From Fimbriosthenelais zetlandica (lineage: Eukaryota): a stretch of DNA of 64,000 nt. Positions 11,501 to 23,100 of the stretch are shown in pieces. A program made the position numbers and the translations under genes. Under the pieces are notes generated by a model, which was not told where the DNA came from, made no database searches, and saw only the letters and a list, made by a program, of their open reading frames with translations. Where the stretch lies: assembly GCA_977030845.1 (NCBI GenBank), contig OZ365113.1, positions 27,404,001 to 27,468,000 on the forward strand, read 5' to 3'. Position 1 is the first letter of the stretch. Each line of letters begins with the position of its first letter.

Positions 11501-12959
11501 TTCATGATCATGTTCCATAAATATTCAATATGTCTCTGTCATGAAACATGCCCCAAAATCTTCCTGTAATATTTTCTTGTTTCAACCCCCTTATGCGGAA
11601 AAAACATAGCCTACTGAATCGTAATTTGCTATGACAACTGACTGACGTTACTATATTTAAAAGAAATGTATGATGGAGAAAGAGGGAGTGACCGATGAAT
11701 CAACCGCTCATAAGCTCTTGGCAATGCTGAAAGGCGAGGATGTGGAAGAGGATGGCAAGAAAGGCCCACGTGAGTACACACAGAAGAAACCCCTCCTTCC
11801 TAACCACTCTCCTCGTAAGATAACTTTCATCCTGGACAGTAGGCATGAGACGTTGTTACGATTTATATACCGTATTTGCCGGATTATAAACCGTATCTGA
11901 TTATAAACCGCACCCCTGGCCCCTCAGTTTAAAATCCATAATTATACATGTAGCCTATAAACCGCTGCTTTCTATAGAAATCCATATAAAAATAGCTTCA
12001 TCTTATTAACCAGAGGTCGCGTTTAAAAAAAAAGTAGTGGCTTATACTCCGGCAAATACGGTATATGTTTTCGTTTGGTCAGTCGATATTCAAATAATAA
12101 TATTGGAGTTGGGATACTTCAACAGAATTAACCAGATTTTAGTTACCACTAAAAGACTTGCATTTGTGTCTATTTCAAAAGGAACTTGTCTTAATTTCAG
12201 ACATTCCAAATGAGGCTGATGTGGAGGCATGTCTGATGAAAGTAAAGCCTGACATGAAAGCTGAAGGTACGTTTTAAAACCCTAATTTTTCTCCCATAAA
12301 ATTTTATTACAATGTAAATTTGAATAATTAACGTCAAATTTCATATGCCTATTGACACTGGGAGTTATATTTGAATTGGTCCTTTTTTCAGATGCCAAGG
12401 ACGTTGCTTTCGTGAGTATTTATTCAAAATTTATTATAAATTGTTCTATTCATATATTTATAAAAAGTCTAATATATAATTATGGGGGTGAATACGCGGA
12501 ATGGTAAGTGGTGGTATATGATTACCGGCAGGAAATGGACAAGTAACCTCCTCTGGCAGATTACTATGGCAACTAAAGCTATAGTACTGCACAGCAAATT
12601 TACTCTTTTAGCAAATTTATTCACAGAATTAATCTTGTGTAAATTCGTCACAGGTTAACACCAAGAAAAGGGAGCTGGCCAAGGCCAAGTCTGAGGCTGA
12701 GGAGGCCAAAGTGGACGCTGCCAAGAGACTGCTTAGCCTGCTGGTAAGATATTCTAATTATTCTGTGTCGAGAATATTATAAACAAAATATCTGAATCTG
12801 GTAAGAAAATATTTCCCGATGTCTGATCATCAACTCTTGAAAATATAATGTCTTTCTCAGTTGTGTATTTTGTTTGAAAATTTGTCTGATTAAGATCATC
12901 AAGAACCAATAATTTGAATTATCGATTTTCTCAAATTTCAGGAAAAGGCAAATCGTTAA
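8530..12959 (+). CDS. Secreted, Met/Cys-containing, probably helical protein of 322 aa encoded by 18 exons including many micro-exons; no recognised family
   Basis: Exons 8530-8757, 9140-9161, 9310-9332, 9454-9484, 9602-9642, 9759-9825, 10179-10222, 10352-10376, 10574-10590, 10708-10789, 10888-10934, 11126-11150, 11280-11296, 11664-11769, 12201-12266, 12392-12411, 12654-12743, 12942-12959 (969 nt). All introns are GT-AG and the chain is stop-free to EKANR*. Signal peptide MSKLVLCLIFSLTLAVAWA. Confidence 0.85.
11870..12061. mobile_element. Tc1/mariner-type MITE, CCGTATTTGCCGG TIR family, copy A
   Basis: TA|CCGTATTTGCCGGATTATAAACCG ... GGCTTATACTCCGGCAAATACGG|TA. Confidence 0.85.
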
Positions 12960-13745
12960 ATACAAAAGTGGAATTGACTTCGTCTCTGAAAAGCACAGTG
13001 TGAAATCATGAATGGTTGAAACTACAATAACACAAGATTCCATTTTTTGTGGGCAAATCCAAGACAGCGAGACAATGAAAACCTTTAGTTTTGTGCAACA
13101 TAGATCAATACATTCGTAAAGTATTTGTTTGAAGTATTTCTCTCGGGAATTCCAGAAAGTATTAGAAAGATAGTACAACTCGTATGTAGAATCAATTGGC
13201 TTTAATACTATGTAGATGATGACAATAAACATCTATAATAATTCAATCGCTAAATCAGTCGTTACATTCATTTCAAGTGTTTTGGATCTAATATAATTAT
13301 TTTGCTTTTTTACAAAAATTATAAGGTTTTATCTGAATTAGTTTGGGACGCATTCAGTAAGTGCACTCGAAACAGTTAAACCCGACGTTAAAGCCCATAT
13401 AACTAAAACTAAATACAAGGCATGAGTATCCTGTCCGGTATCCTGTTCCCTAGCCAATAAAAGAATATCACTATAGGCTATTTGTAGTTTCACTAACCAA
13501 CTTTCGTTTGTGTCCATAATCTCTGATAGGCCTTCTATCATCAAATTAAAAAGTCCAAAATCAATTGCCATACATCTTTCTTCGTTATAGCAGCAACATA
13601 AAATGCATTTTTTCCTAAATCATCTTTTCCTAATACAAAACCAGGTAAAATACTATGCCACATCTTCCTAGAACAGTGTATAATCCTGATCACATAGAAC
13701 ATGATATTATATCACAATAGTGCAAATATGTGTCATATATTAAGT

Positions 13746-16641
13746 TCACACGTCTTTTTCGATCGCAACGAGGTCATTTTCACTGGCTTCAATAACAGAT
13801 TTCATGTGTTGAAGAATCATTCGTGGGTCTCTGTTGGGAAGGCGAGGACAGTGAAATTCGTCTCGAATATTTATGGCCTGGAAAACAAAATTATAGCAAT
13901 ATTAAACTGTGGAAAGTGCGTTCAATAGCTTAGAACTATATATCGTCACTTTATATTTCCATCAATTTTGTATCGTCACTTTGGAACACCACTTCAAAAA
14001 ATTTATATCTGAGAAAGTACATTTGTTCCTTAGTCAAAGCACAAGTTTCATCACATTTTTATGTCAAAAGCTACAGGGTGGAGTAAAGGGGGCATGATCA
14101 TACCTGGGGTATCATTTTAGCCAGGCTCTCTATCCGCGTCTCATTACTGGGGTGGGTGGAAAAGAGTTCAGGAATGTCGACTTCTTCACCAGAATTCTCA
14201 GCCTCTCTCAGGTACTTCATTAAATCCCAAAAGTTACTGCTTTCACGAACATCGTAACAAGCCTGCATAGAAATATTAATTTTACATCAGAACGCTAAGT
14301 AATTTAGGCAAGGAAAGATCTTGATATCACTTACAAATCTATGGAAAAGTTATGGAAGGCAGTTGATATTTAAAGTATAATCAGAACAAAAATAGGTTGA
14401 CTGCTACCTTCGCCATTAGTTTGAGGCCCACATCGTCAGCTTCTGTCTCTAATTTTCGATCATAAGGCAATGAGACTAACAGCTGTAATAATAAAATAAT
14501 TAATAAAGTCAGTGAGAAATGAGGAAGAAGTGCAGGAGAAATCTTAAAATGGCAACAATAGAGGATAATCCTTGGCAGCAATTTATACTTCTACCACTAG
14601 ATGGAGGAGCTAGACTTACATCAACCACTTTGTTGAAGAACCAGTGAGTGACTATGGCAATGCCATCACTGGGGATGAAGAACCACAACGCCCCCAAGAG
14701 AAGAATGATCAAGTTATCCACGAATCCTGCAGCACTCACTCGTTCTGCCTACAAAACCAACGTCTCAACAGATGTAGATGCAGCCAAAAGACGATTAAGG
14801 GAAGGAGTCAATTAAATTAAGTTTTAGTAAAGGTAAATTTACATATACAAATTATAAGTATACAGTGCACCCCATATCCGACCATCCCACTAAACCGACC
14901 ATGGTTATGTGGTCCATTCTTCAATCTGAAAATACCACCTTATAAATACTTACCTTATTTGCCTGGGAGCCCCTGGCCGCCCAGGTAAAAATCCATATAC
15001 ATTTATAAACCGCTGCTTTGTATAGAAATACATAACAAAATCGCTTCGTTTTATTAACCGCATGCCGCGCTTTTTTGGAAGAAAATTGGCGGTTATACTC
15101 CGTCAAATACGGTATGGCACTTTTGGGCAGTCCCAAAGGTGGTCGCTTTAGGGAGGGGGGGGGGGGGGGGGGGCGGAGGAGCATAGAGACAATACAGATT
15201 CTGGCATACTTACCCCATGACCAAGGATGGCATGAGCTAACTCATGCCCCATGACGACAGCCAGCTGATCATCATTCTGAACCATGTTCAAAAGACCAGT
15301 GTACACAAAAATGTGTCCGGTCTGAAATAGACAAGACAAGTGAAGTTTAGAGATGTTTTTCTGTAATACAAATGAAGTTTAGAGATGTTTTTCAACATAT
15401 GGGGCCACTATAGGTAGTATTTAAAGGGACACTATCACGGAAGCTCAATGAACAGTAAGATGTCAGAGAAAAGTGCTTACCGGCAAAACAAATGCATTCC
15501 TTTCTTCTTTATTCACAATTAATATAGTGAGATTGTGCTTCTTGAGAAACTCCGTATCCTGATTGGCATCTTTAAGACTCTGGACAACCCTGACGACTTT
15601 CTTGTATTGAGGATCAGTGATCGGAACTAAATCTTCTTTGGCTGACTCCAATTGCTAGAATACACGTAGAAAGATATTATAATATTATTTAATATACAAT
15701 ATGAGTAATAATACATGTATATTAAATTACAGATTCAACAGTTTATAACTCATACTTTAGTACGGTACCGTATTTACCGTATTTTGATATATATATGCAT
15801 AAATAATTTAGGCCTATAATATATTAATATTTTTGTCCATAATTATGGCGGATAGAAAATGAGACCACTGATCGCATTTAAAAGCTTACCATTTCTAATT
15901 CGAATGCAGCAATTTTCATGAACTGTTCTTCAGTGAAAGCCATGTATCTTTTCCTTTTAGTGATGGGAGTTTCTTCTAGATGTGTGTAGTAATTTGCAGC
16001 AGAGAAGCCAACTACTCCAATGAGAATTGCCGGCATGCATGATTTAATCTTCTCTGATAATTTCTCCCTTTGTGACGCAGGTAAACGTTGAAATAATTTC
16101 CTCAAAGTCCTGTAAAAAAAAAACTAACGTACGGTACTGTACTGATATCGCCAATTAATGATAAACTAAGAGGCGAGACTAGTTAGTAGAGTATGAAAGC
16201 CTTAATCCTGGTATACGTACCGTATAATACTATATGGAAAACTAAGTTTAAAACTAATTGGAAATACAAAAAAAATCAAGCACTAAAATTACATTTATTG
16301 TAGGCTTACCTTCCTGAAACCACAGATATAACTTTTGCTAACGGTTTTGCAAAAACCCAAAAGAGAGGGGGAACTTGTCGACGGCTGGATGTGCTGAAAT
16401 GTCGCTGGTTTATATTATGATAATTTTTTGCATGATGAGGTGATGATCTCTGTGTGCCCCAGAAAGGGGATGTTGGAGTTGGCAACCTGCTGGGGTCCTT
16501 TCGCACTAATTTAATACCTCGTGGATGATGATGGAGGTATTGCCTGAGTCCTTCCGAGTTCCATTTCCCTATATGCCCCCACAGCGGTAGGGTCTTAAAA
16601 TGACCCCCGTGTTGAAGCCAGTGAAGGCACTGAAGCTGCAT
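13746..16641 (-). CDS. OMA1: Mitochondrial inner-membrane metalloendopeptidase OMA1 (peptidase M48), 442 aa, 8 coding exons
   Basis: Exons 16641-16310, 16109-15890, 15654-15481, 15321-15214, 14748-14620, 14482-14408, 14262-14104, 13877-13746 (1329 nt). Motifs NAFVLP, GHELAH (HExxH), RKLETEAD, FSTHPS, C-terminal CPRLPNRDPR. N-terminus is presequence-like. Confidence 0.96.
14862..15150. mobile_element. CAGTG/CCGACCA-type MITE containing a nested CCGTA-family MITE (copy B, 14953-15112)
   Basis: Outer element TACAGTGCACCCCATATCCGACCATCCCACTAAACCGACCA ... CCCAAAGGTGGTCGCTTTAG, with related copies near 23835-23985 and 58790-58968. Inner element TA|CCTTATTTGCC ... TCAAATACGG|TA. Confidence 0.65.
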
Positions 16642-17026
16642 GGCTGTGACACTAACAGTAACAGACAACGGAGACTAAAAACAGAATGACAATGTAACTT
16701 GCTGTCAGTGTCAGGTTCAGGTTTTCAATGGTTCATAAGGTAACAACGGTCCACTGTGATTTTATCGTAGTGAAGCCGCGATCCTTTTCCACCTTGAACT
16801 TGAAAAATAGCGTAACATTGTAGGTCACAACGTGGAGTAACAGCAAAACTGCTCTGTGCTTGGGGAATACCCTTAACGTCACTACCGGTAAGGGGGGAAT
16901 CCCACGACCACGCTAGCATGCCATCTCGAGGGTAAATCTGGAACTAATCGGTTGGGCGATAATAAGGGGTATTGTCGCTTCAAATGTGATTCTTGTTGCA
17001 AATAGAACAAATGTGGTTTCAATTAC

Positions 17027-17190
17027 CTGAAAGGCGTTTTATTAAGTTGAACAGTACCTATTTAGAGTATATCACATTGGTTGTTTTTCGTAAGTTTGAT
17101 GAATGATCTCATTCATGAATTATGTATGAGGTCAGGTGGCAGTACGCATGCGCTGGAACCCATCCGGGAATCCACACAAATCAAGATGGC
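17027..17190. promoter_or_regulatory. Bidirectional promoter region between OMA1 and the dynein LIC gene
   Basis: Candidate OMA1 non-coding exon donor at 17026 (G|GTAATT on minus) with acceptor at 16675. NRF1-like TACGCATGCGCT at 17143-17154; YY1-like AAGATGGCG spans the LIC ATG at 17186. Confidence 0.6.
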
Positions 17191-20100
17191 GCCCATCGGC
17201 GAGAAGTCCGACAGAAACAATATCATGGATGATACCAATGAGGAAGAAGACGACCAGAACCTATGGTAAGTTAGGATAGTCTGTATTCTTGACGAAGACA
17301 TTCAATCCTTGCTTGGTATAACCATTGGGTGAATGTAAGACCTGTAAAAAGCCTCCATAAGGACCTTTTGGGTGACAGACAAGTTGGTGCAAGAAGCCTG
17401 TGTCAGTTCAGTGACTGACTCTGACACCGCCGTCAGTCAGTCAGTCTCCTCTACCTCCAGTCTGGATGGAATTGTTGTGATGACATTTGATATTTTAGAC
17501 AAAAAGGTTATACTATGTGAAAGATTTCGTTATGAATGTTCATGGTTAATGATATGACTGTGCTGCGGTCACCCTCACCCCCTGCCATTTCCCCAATATT
17601 TTAACCCTCCAACTGGTCCAAGACCATTGCCATTGGCATTGCATTGCCTTGGATTTCCCACCTACTATTTAATAATTTAATTTTAGTTTACACTACAATA
17701 TATAGCCTAGACAATAGACAAACATAATTAATTTTGAAGATTAATGGGTTTTAATTTGATTGTTTTCATGCAAGACTAATCCCCATACGATTCATCTTAT
17801 TCTTCTTTCATTTAGGGGATTAGGCATATTATTACATACGGTACTCATCTTAGGATGATCTATTATTTTTTTCCCAATTAATGTAATCTATTTTTACTTA
17901 TGTACCTGGTATGTTTTTTTTCTACAGGGCCAAATTACTCGGAGAAGTACAATCTGGATCTACCACAAAATTACCATCAAATAAATCAATACTGGTGATA
18001 GGTGAGTATTATAATACTAGATTTACATTCTAGAAAGTTATATTAGAACTACGAAATCGAAATTGTAAGTGAAACTAAGATATACTATACTCTTCTGGTG
18101 GGAAGAATTGAGTGAGAAATGAGTGGAGGTATTTAACTTGGATGATTAGCATCCTAGCCCATTTAGGCCTACTATTGTAGAGAGGCAGTAGGACATAACT
18201 GTATTAACACAGAAGCAATGAGTGGAATGAAGACCGAGAAAACATGCATGTGTTGCTTGTTACAACTGAGCCATAAATAGGGTGGGTGGGAATGGGTAGC
18301 TGTTGTTGGGGTGGGGGTTAGGGGGTGGGGGAGTATTTCGACATCTCTGACTGACATACCTAGGCATGGCCTAGCTGGACCCTGAAGTTTCCTATTCAAC
18401 CACTGTCTGAATTGTCATTGAATGGGATCATCCAGTTCACACTAAATTTATGAACATAAATTGTAATTTCTCAGAAAATCCAACATGCTCTAGCTCTATA
18501 AATAATTCCACTCCACTTGAATCCACAAGTATTTATGACCTATATTACCGTATATTATGTTATCACCTGAAGCATATGAAATATATTTGGCTGACCACAT
18601 AAAACCATTATGATGTAATCATCTTTATTGATCAACCCCCATGACTGGGTGCGATGAAGTATGATTATAACCCAGTGTGTTGAGGCATGCTGGATCAATA
18701 GCCTGCCCAGGACATAGAGTTAATCCTTGTCAGTATGTCAATTACGCCCAGCATCATGAAAGGTTGAATTATAACCCTGGAAGCTCCAAATGGCTCGGGC
18801 CGAGCTTGGCCCTCCAGCTGGTGAGGGATCAAGCCGAGCTCGGTCCTCAGATCTGATGGTCAGGCCAAACTCTCTGTAATTTTTCCCCCGATGTATGAGG
18901 GGGATTATTTTACTACTTTCCATGATCATCTGACTCACAATCCATGCTTAGCCTTGCTTAGAAAACCTACTAAAATGTAGAATTTGAATTTCCCCAGTTA
19001 AATTCAAGAGTATCCAAAAAACTGTATGACCTAACCAATCCTTATTCAGACATGGGGAAATCTAGTCTTAGCTTAGATATGAGAGAGACATTCTATTGCT
19101 TGTCATTATATATAAATATATTTAAATTAAAAGGACCTGGCAAGTCAATTGTTCTCTAGCTTAAGTCAGGTTAGTAGTTTGTAAGGACTGACTATAGCGA
19201 CCACCTAGCCATCAAGGGGTCAGCCACGCTTGACCTGGCCGTGGGCTGGAGGTATATACAGCTGGAGGGAAATCAATTCTCCATATATGTATTGGTTGTC
19301 GAGCATCCTTTCATAACATTTGGTACGGGTCTAATATTTCGTGGCTGGACAAAATTGGCTTTTAACAGCCCTTCATACGATTGGCAGAGAAAGGGAAGCA
19401 AGGTTTGCAATATAATATGTAGTCAGAAAATGTTATTGCATGGACCGAAGCTTCAATAATGAAAGCGGAGGCGGGCAAGGAACCTGTCCCATTTGCCTTG
19501 GTGGATACACTTAGGTTTTTAGAATAATTTTATAATTAGATCTATATGCCCTTTCTTGCTGGAGCAGAATGTCGAAGCATTTAGCAAAGAGCGCTGTGTG
19601 TGTGTGAGATCATGAATTAAAAATGATGAGGTACCGTATTTGCCGGAGTATAAGCCGCGACTTTTTTTCAAAAAAAAATCGAGTCCTGAGATTAATTAAA
19701 CGAAGTTACTTTTTATATCCATTTCTATACAAAGAAGCGGTTTATATAATATGGATTTTAATCTGAGCCGCAAGGGGATGCGGTTTATAGTCACGTGCGG
19801 TTTATACTCCGGCAAATACGGTAGATGTTATGGGTGGCAGTCAGGGTTGTAACGAGGCATTGACCTACCCCATGTAGAGTAATCTAATATAATGTAACTG
19901 CTCCCAACCTGTTTCATGATTATGTTGCTCCACAATAGCCATTGTCTTTGGGCTAAAGTAGCACATATTTTTGTTCTGGAAGAGTCCCCGACTGCTGTGG
20001 TCATGTATTTGGCTGGCTAGATGTGGGCTTGTCCCTATGACAGACAATTCTCTCCTCCAAACCTGTCTAAACCCACTCGCCTGGAGTGCCATTTGATTCC

Positions 20101-23100
20101 TTAGTCTAGATGGTCTCATCATTAGTTAGTTTTAAAAAAATAAAAGAATCAAAGGCTTGCGCAAGTCTAGTAAATGGCTTTAGGCGGGGATTAGCTTTAT
20201 AAGCCTTCCCTAGTAGTAATCTTACATAATAACATATCCTTCTAGTTCTTGGAAACTATAATTTCCATTGAACTAACTAGTTCTAAAAGGGACAATTCGA
20301 TTTAATTTTCTCCTGTTAAAAGTAAATGAGGAAACATCTTCTTTTACTGCTAACTTAAAACCAGTGTTGGGCGTGCCATAGTAACATTAGATACCGGTCG
20401 GCACTTATTGGATATTCAGTATTGCCCTTGGGGTAGTAAAACAATTTGGAAGGCATTTTTATCAGATTTCTGACGAGAAAAGGCGGAAAAACTATTACCA
20501 GAAGAATGATCACCCACCAACATGTTGCCTGATAAATCCGTGTAGGGAAGCACAGAAAATCAATAGACTAGGAAGACGGTAGATCAATGTGACTAAATAC
20601 TCTACTGAATGATGTGGTCTTACTGTATTATAATAACATTGACTTTGTTTGGGTGGAGAGTTGGCCTGTCTACTTCCTGTTGCTACAATGTACTTCATAT
20701 CAACATGAAGTAGACTTTATTTACATTCAATGATTATGGCATTGAAATATTACTTAAACTGAAGATCTAATGCAAGTAGAAGAATCCCCTGCTCTAGCTT
20801 ATAGTATAGTTGAAAACGTTGAAATTAATTAAGTACTTATTATTAAAACATATTACAAATTAAAAGTATTAAAAATAAAATCATGATTTAAACATATACT
20901 GATAATATAAGAGACCATCTCATATTATATTATCTTGAATAATAATAAATTTATATGTTATTTTTATATATGATAAATAATAAGCAATCGGAGGTTAATA
21001 TATAGTTAGAAAGTGTTAATTAAAATCAAATCAGTATGATGTTGAGTGCCAAGTTGGCAATCATGGGATGAGACGAGCCGTTGATAATTGGTTCTTGTGA
21101 AGACACACTGGGTTGATATGGCTATTATAGATAGGTTTATGTCTACAAGTCAGATCTATAGTAGAGACAATTTCTCACTGGCTTGTCAGGAATCTCTGCT
21201 CCCATTACACTCCTCCTCCCATAGGTCTCATGACAATAGATTGGCACAGGGATCGAGTGAAATATTTCAGAATTGACCAAATATAAATAAAAATTGATTG
21301 AACCATAAACATAAATACGGGAAATTTGTCTCTCGAGTGGCAATATATATCTACGTAGTTTGAGATTGATGGTATGAAGTTTATGGTGGATCTATTGTTT
21401 TAGACTTATTGTTTTTGTGACCTCTGTTGGAGATTGTTCCTCCTGCTCCTCCTCCTCCAGCGTGGAAGTGCCCATCTCCACCAGAGTCCACCAGAGGATG
21501 GTGCTCAGTGTGGGGTGAGGATGAGTCATCTCCTGAAGTAGACCTCCCCCTCATTCACTCACTCCGTCACCAGCTGCTGGCGATCCGTCTCTCCCCTCCC
21601 ATGGTCCTCAATGGACAGTTTTACTTATGAGATTCTGGGGTTTTTTAAAATATTTTTGTTTATTTTTAATGGTAGAGTCAGTCTGAACTGGGACACAAAC
21701 ATGTCTCTGGGGGCCTCCTCTGTGTTTGTTTATTTTGGTTCAAGGCTCGGCGGCAGCTGAAATATTTATTATTTAGATCTCTCCTATATTGACATCAATT
21801 TATTTTTTGATTTTAACACTCTGTGGCTTTAAAGTTTAATGAGGGTTATATAAAATATTCCTCAAGATTGTAATTTATTATTTTCATATGAATTGCTGAC
21901 TCATAATAATGATGTTTTATCATTCTGAATATTGGAACAGATGAGACTGATGATAAAATCAGCGACGAGGCTGACCTTTACCGTATACGGCATATCTATT
22001 TACCGTATATCTTCTACATTTTGCGTTTTTTCATTAAGCAAAAAGAAAAGGACACAAACTAATATTAAAAGGCTGTCAATGAATAAATCCAAGTAGAAAA
22101 ACATGTCATTTCTCTGTACAGCCACTTGATACTGTTAGTGATTCATAGGAAACATTTGTTTTTCTGATTCGGTGCTAATCTATGTGTTTTCTTCATTCAT
22201 TAGGTGACAATGAGACCGGCAAGACGACGCTGGTAGCTCGCCTACAGGGCACAGAGGATCCCAAGAAGGGAGCAGGCCTGGAGTACCATTATATTGATGT
22301 CAAAGATGAATACAGAGATGGTGAGCCACATTATTATACATGTTCAGCCACATTTATACAATTCACTGAGGTATTGGGAAATAATGTAATTACGCGCAAT
22401 GGATGGGCCCAGTGGGGACGGTAACAATATAGGCCTCGTATTATATGCAAAGGTTTTGGTGACGGAGTTGGAACTGATATTGAATACATTCAGTTCAGCT
22501 GTTATTTTAATAGCTCTGCACTTGTTTGAATATATCACAGTAGTTTCGCCTCGAGGCATTAACTAAAAGGAGTTTTTTTGATCAGGATACCACCCTTGGC
22601 GACGCCTCTAGACAGACTGTTTGGCTCTCTTTCTTTTCTTTTCTCCATGTTACATGTCTCTTCTGTTTCTGTGCTGGGTCTCCCCCTCTCTCCCTTCTCC
22701 CATCTCTCCCTCTGTCCCTCTTCCTGTCTGCCCCTCCCTCCCTGTTCCTAAGTGAGTGTCTCTCTCTTTCTCTCCCTCTCTCTCTCCGCCTTTCTCCCTC
22801 TTTCTCTCCCTCTCTCTCCCCTCCACCTCTCCCCCCTCCACCTCTCCCCCCTCCACCTCTCCCTCAAATATCGAAAGCCACCCTCCCACTAGCTTCAAAC
22901 ACCTTTGTATTTATGGCATATTTTGGCCGATCTATCCCCATTTCTGTCTGTAAACGTAATTTGAGCCAAGTCCACTCCTGGAATTGACCCAAGACAATGT
23001 AGGTACCATCAGACGCCAACACCTACTGGACACAAAAGGGAAAAAAATGAAAAATGAATTGGTTATGTGTCACCAAGTTGTTATGTGGAATTCCAAGCTA

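Noticed and set aside
18641-18690. SECIS-like or snoRNA-like hairpin (ATGACTGGGT...AA...ACCCAGT)
   Set aside because: It lacks the 3' GA of the SECIS quartet in register, is intronic, has no selenoprotein candidate nearby and has no D box at a suitable distance.
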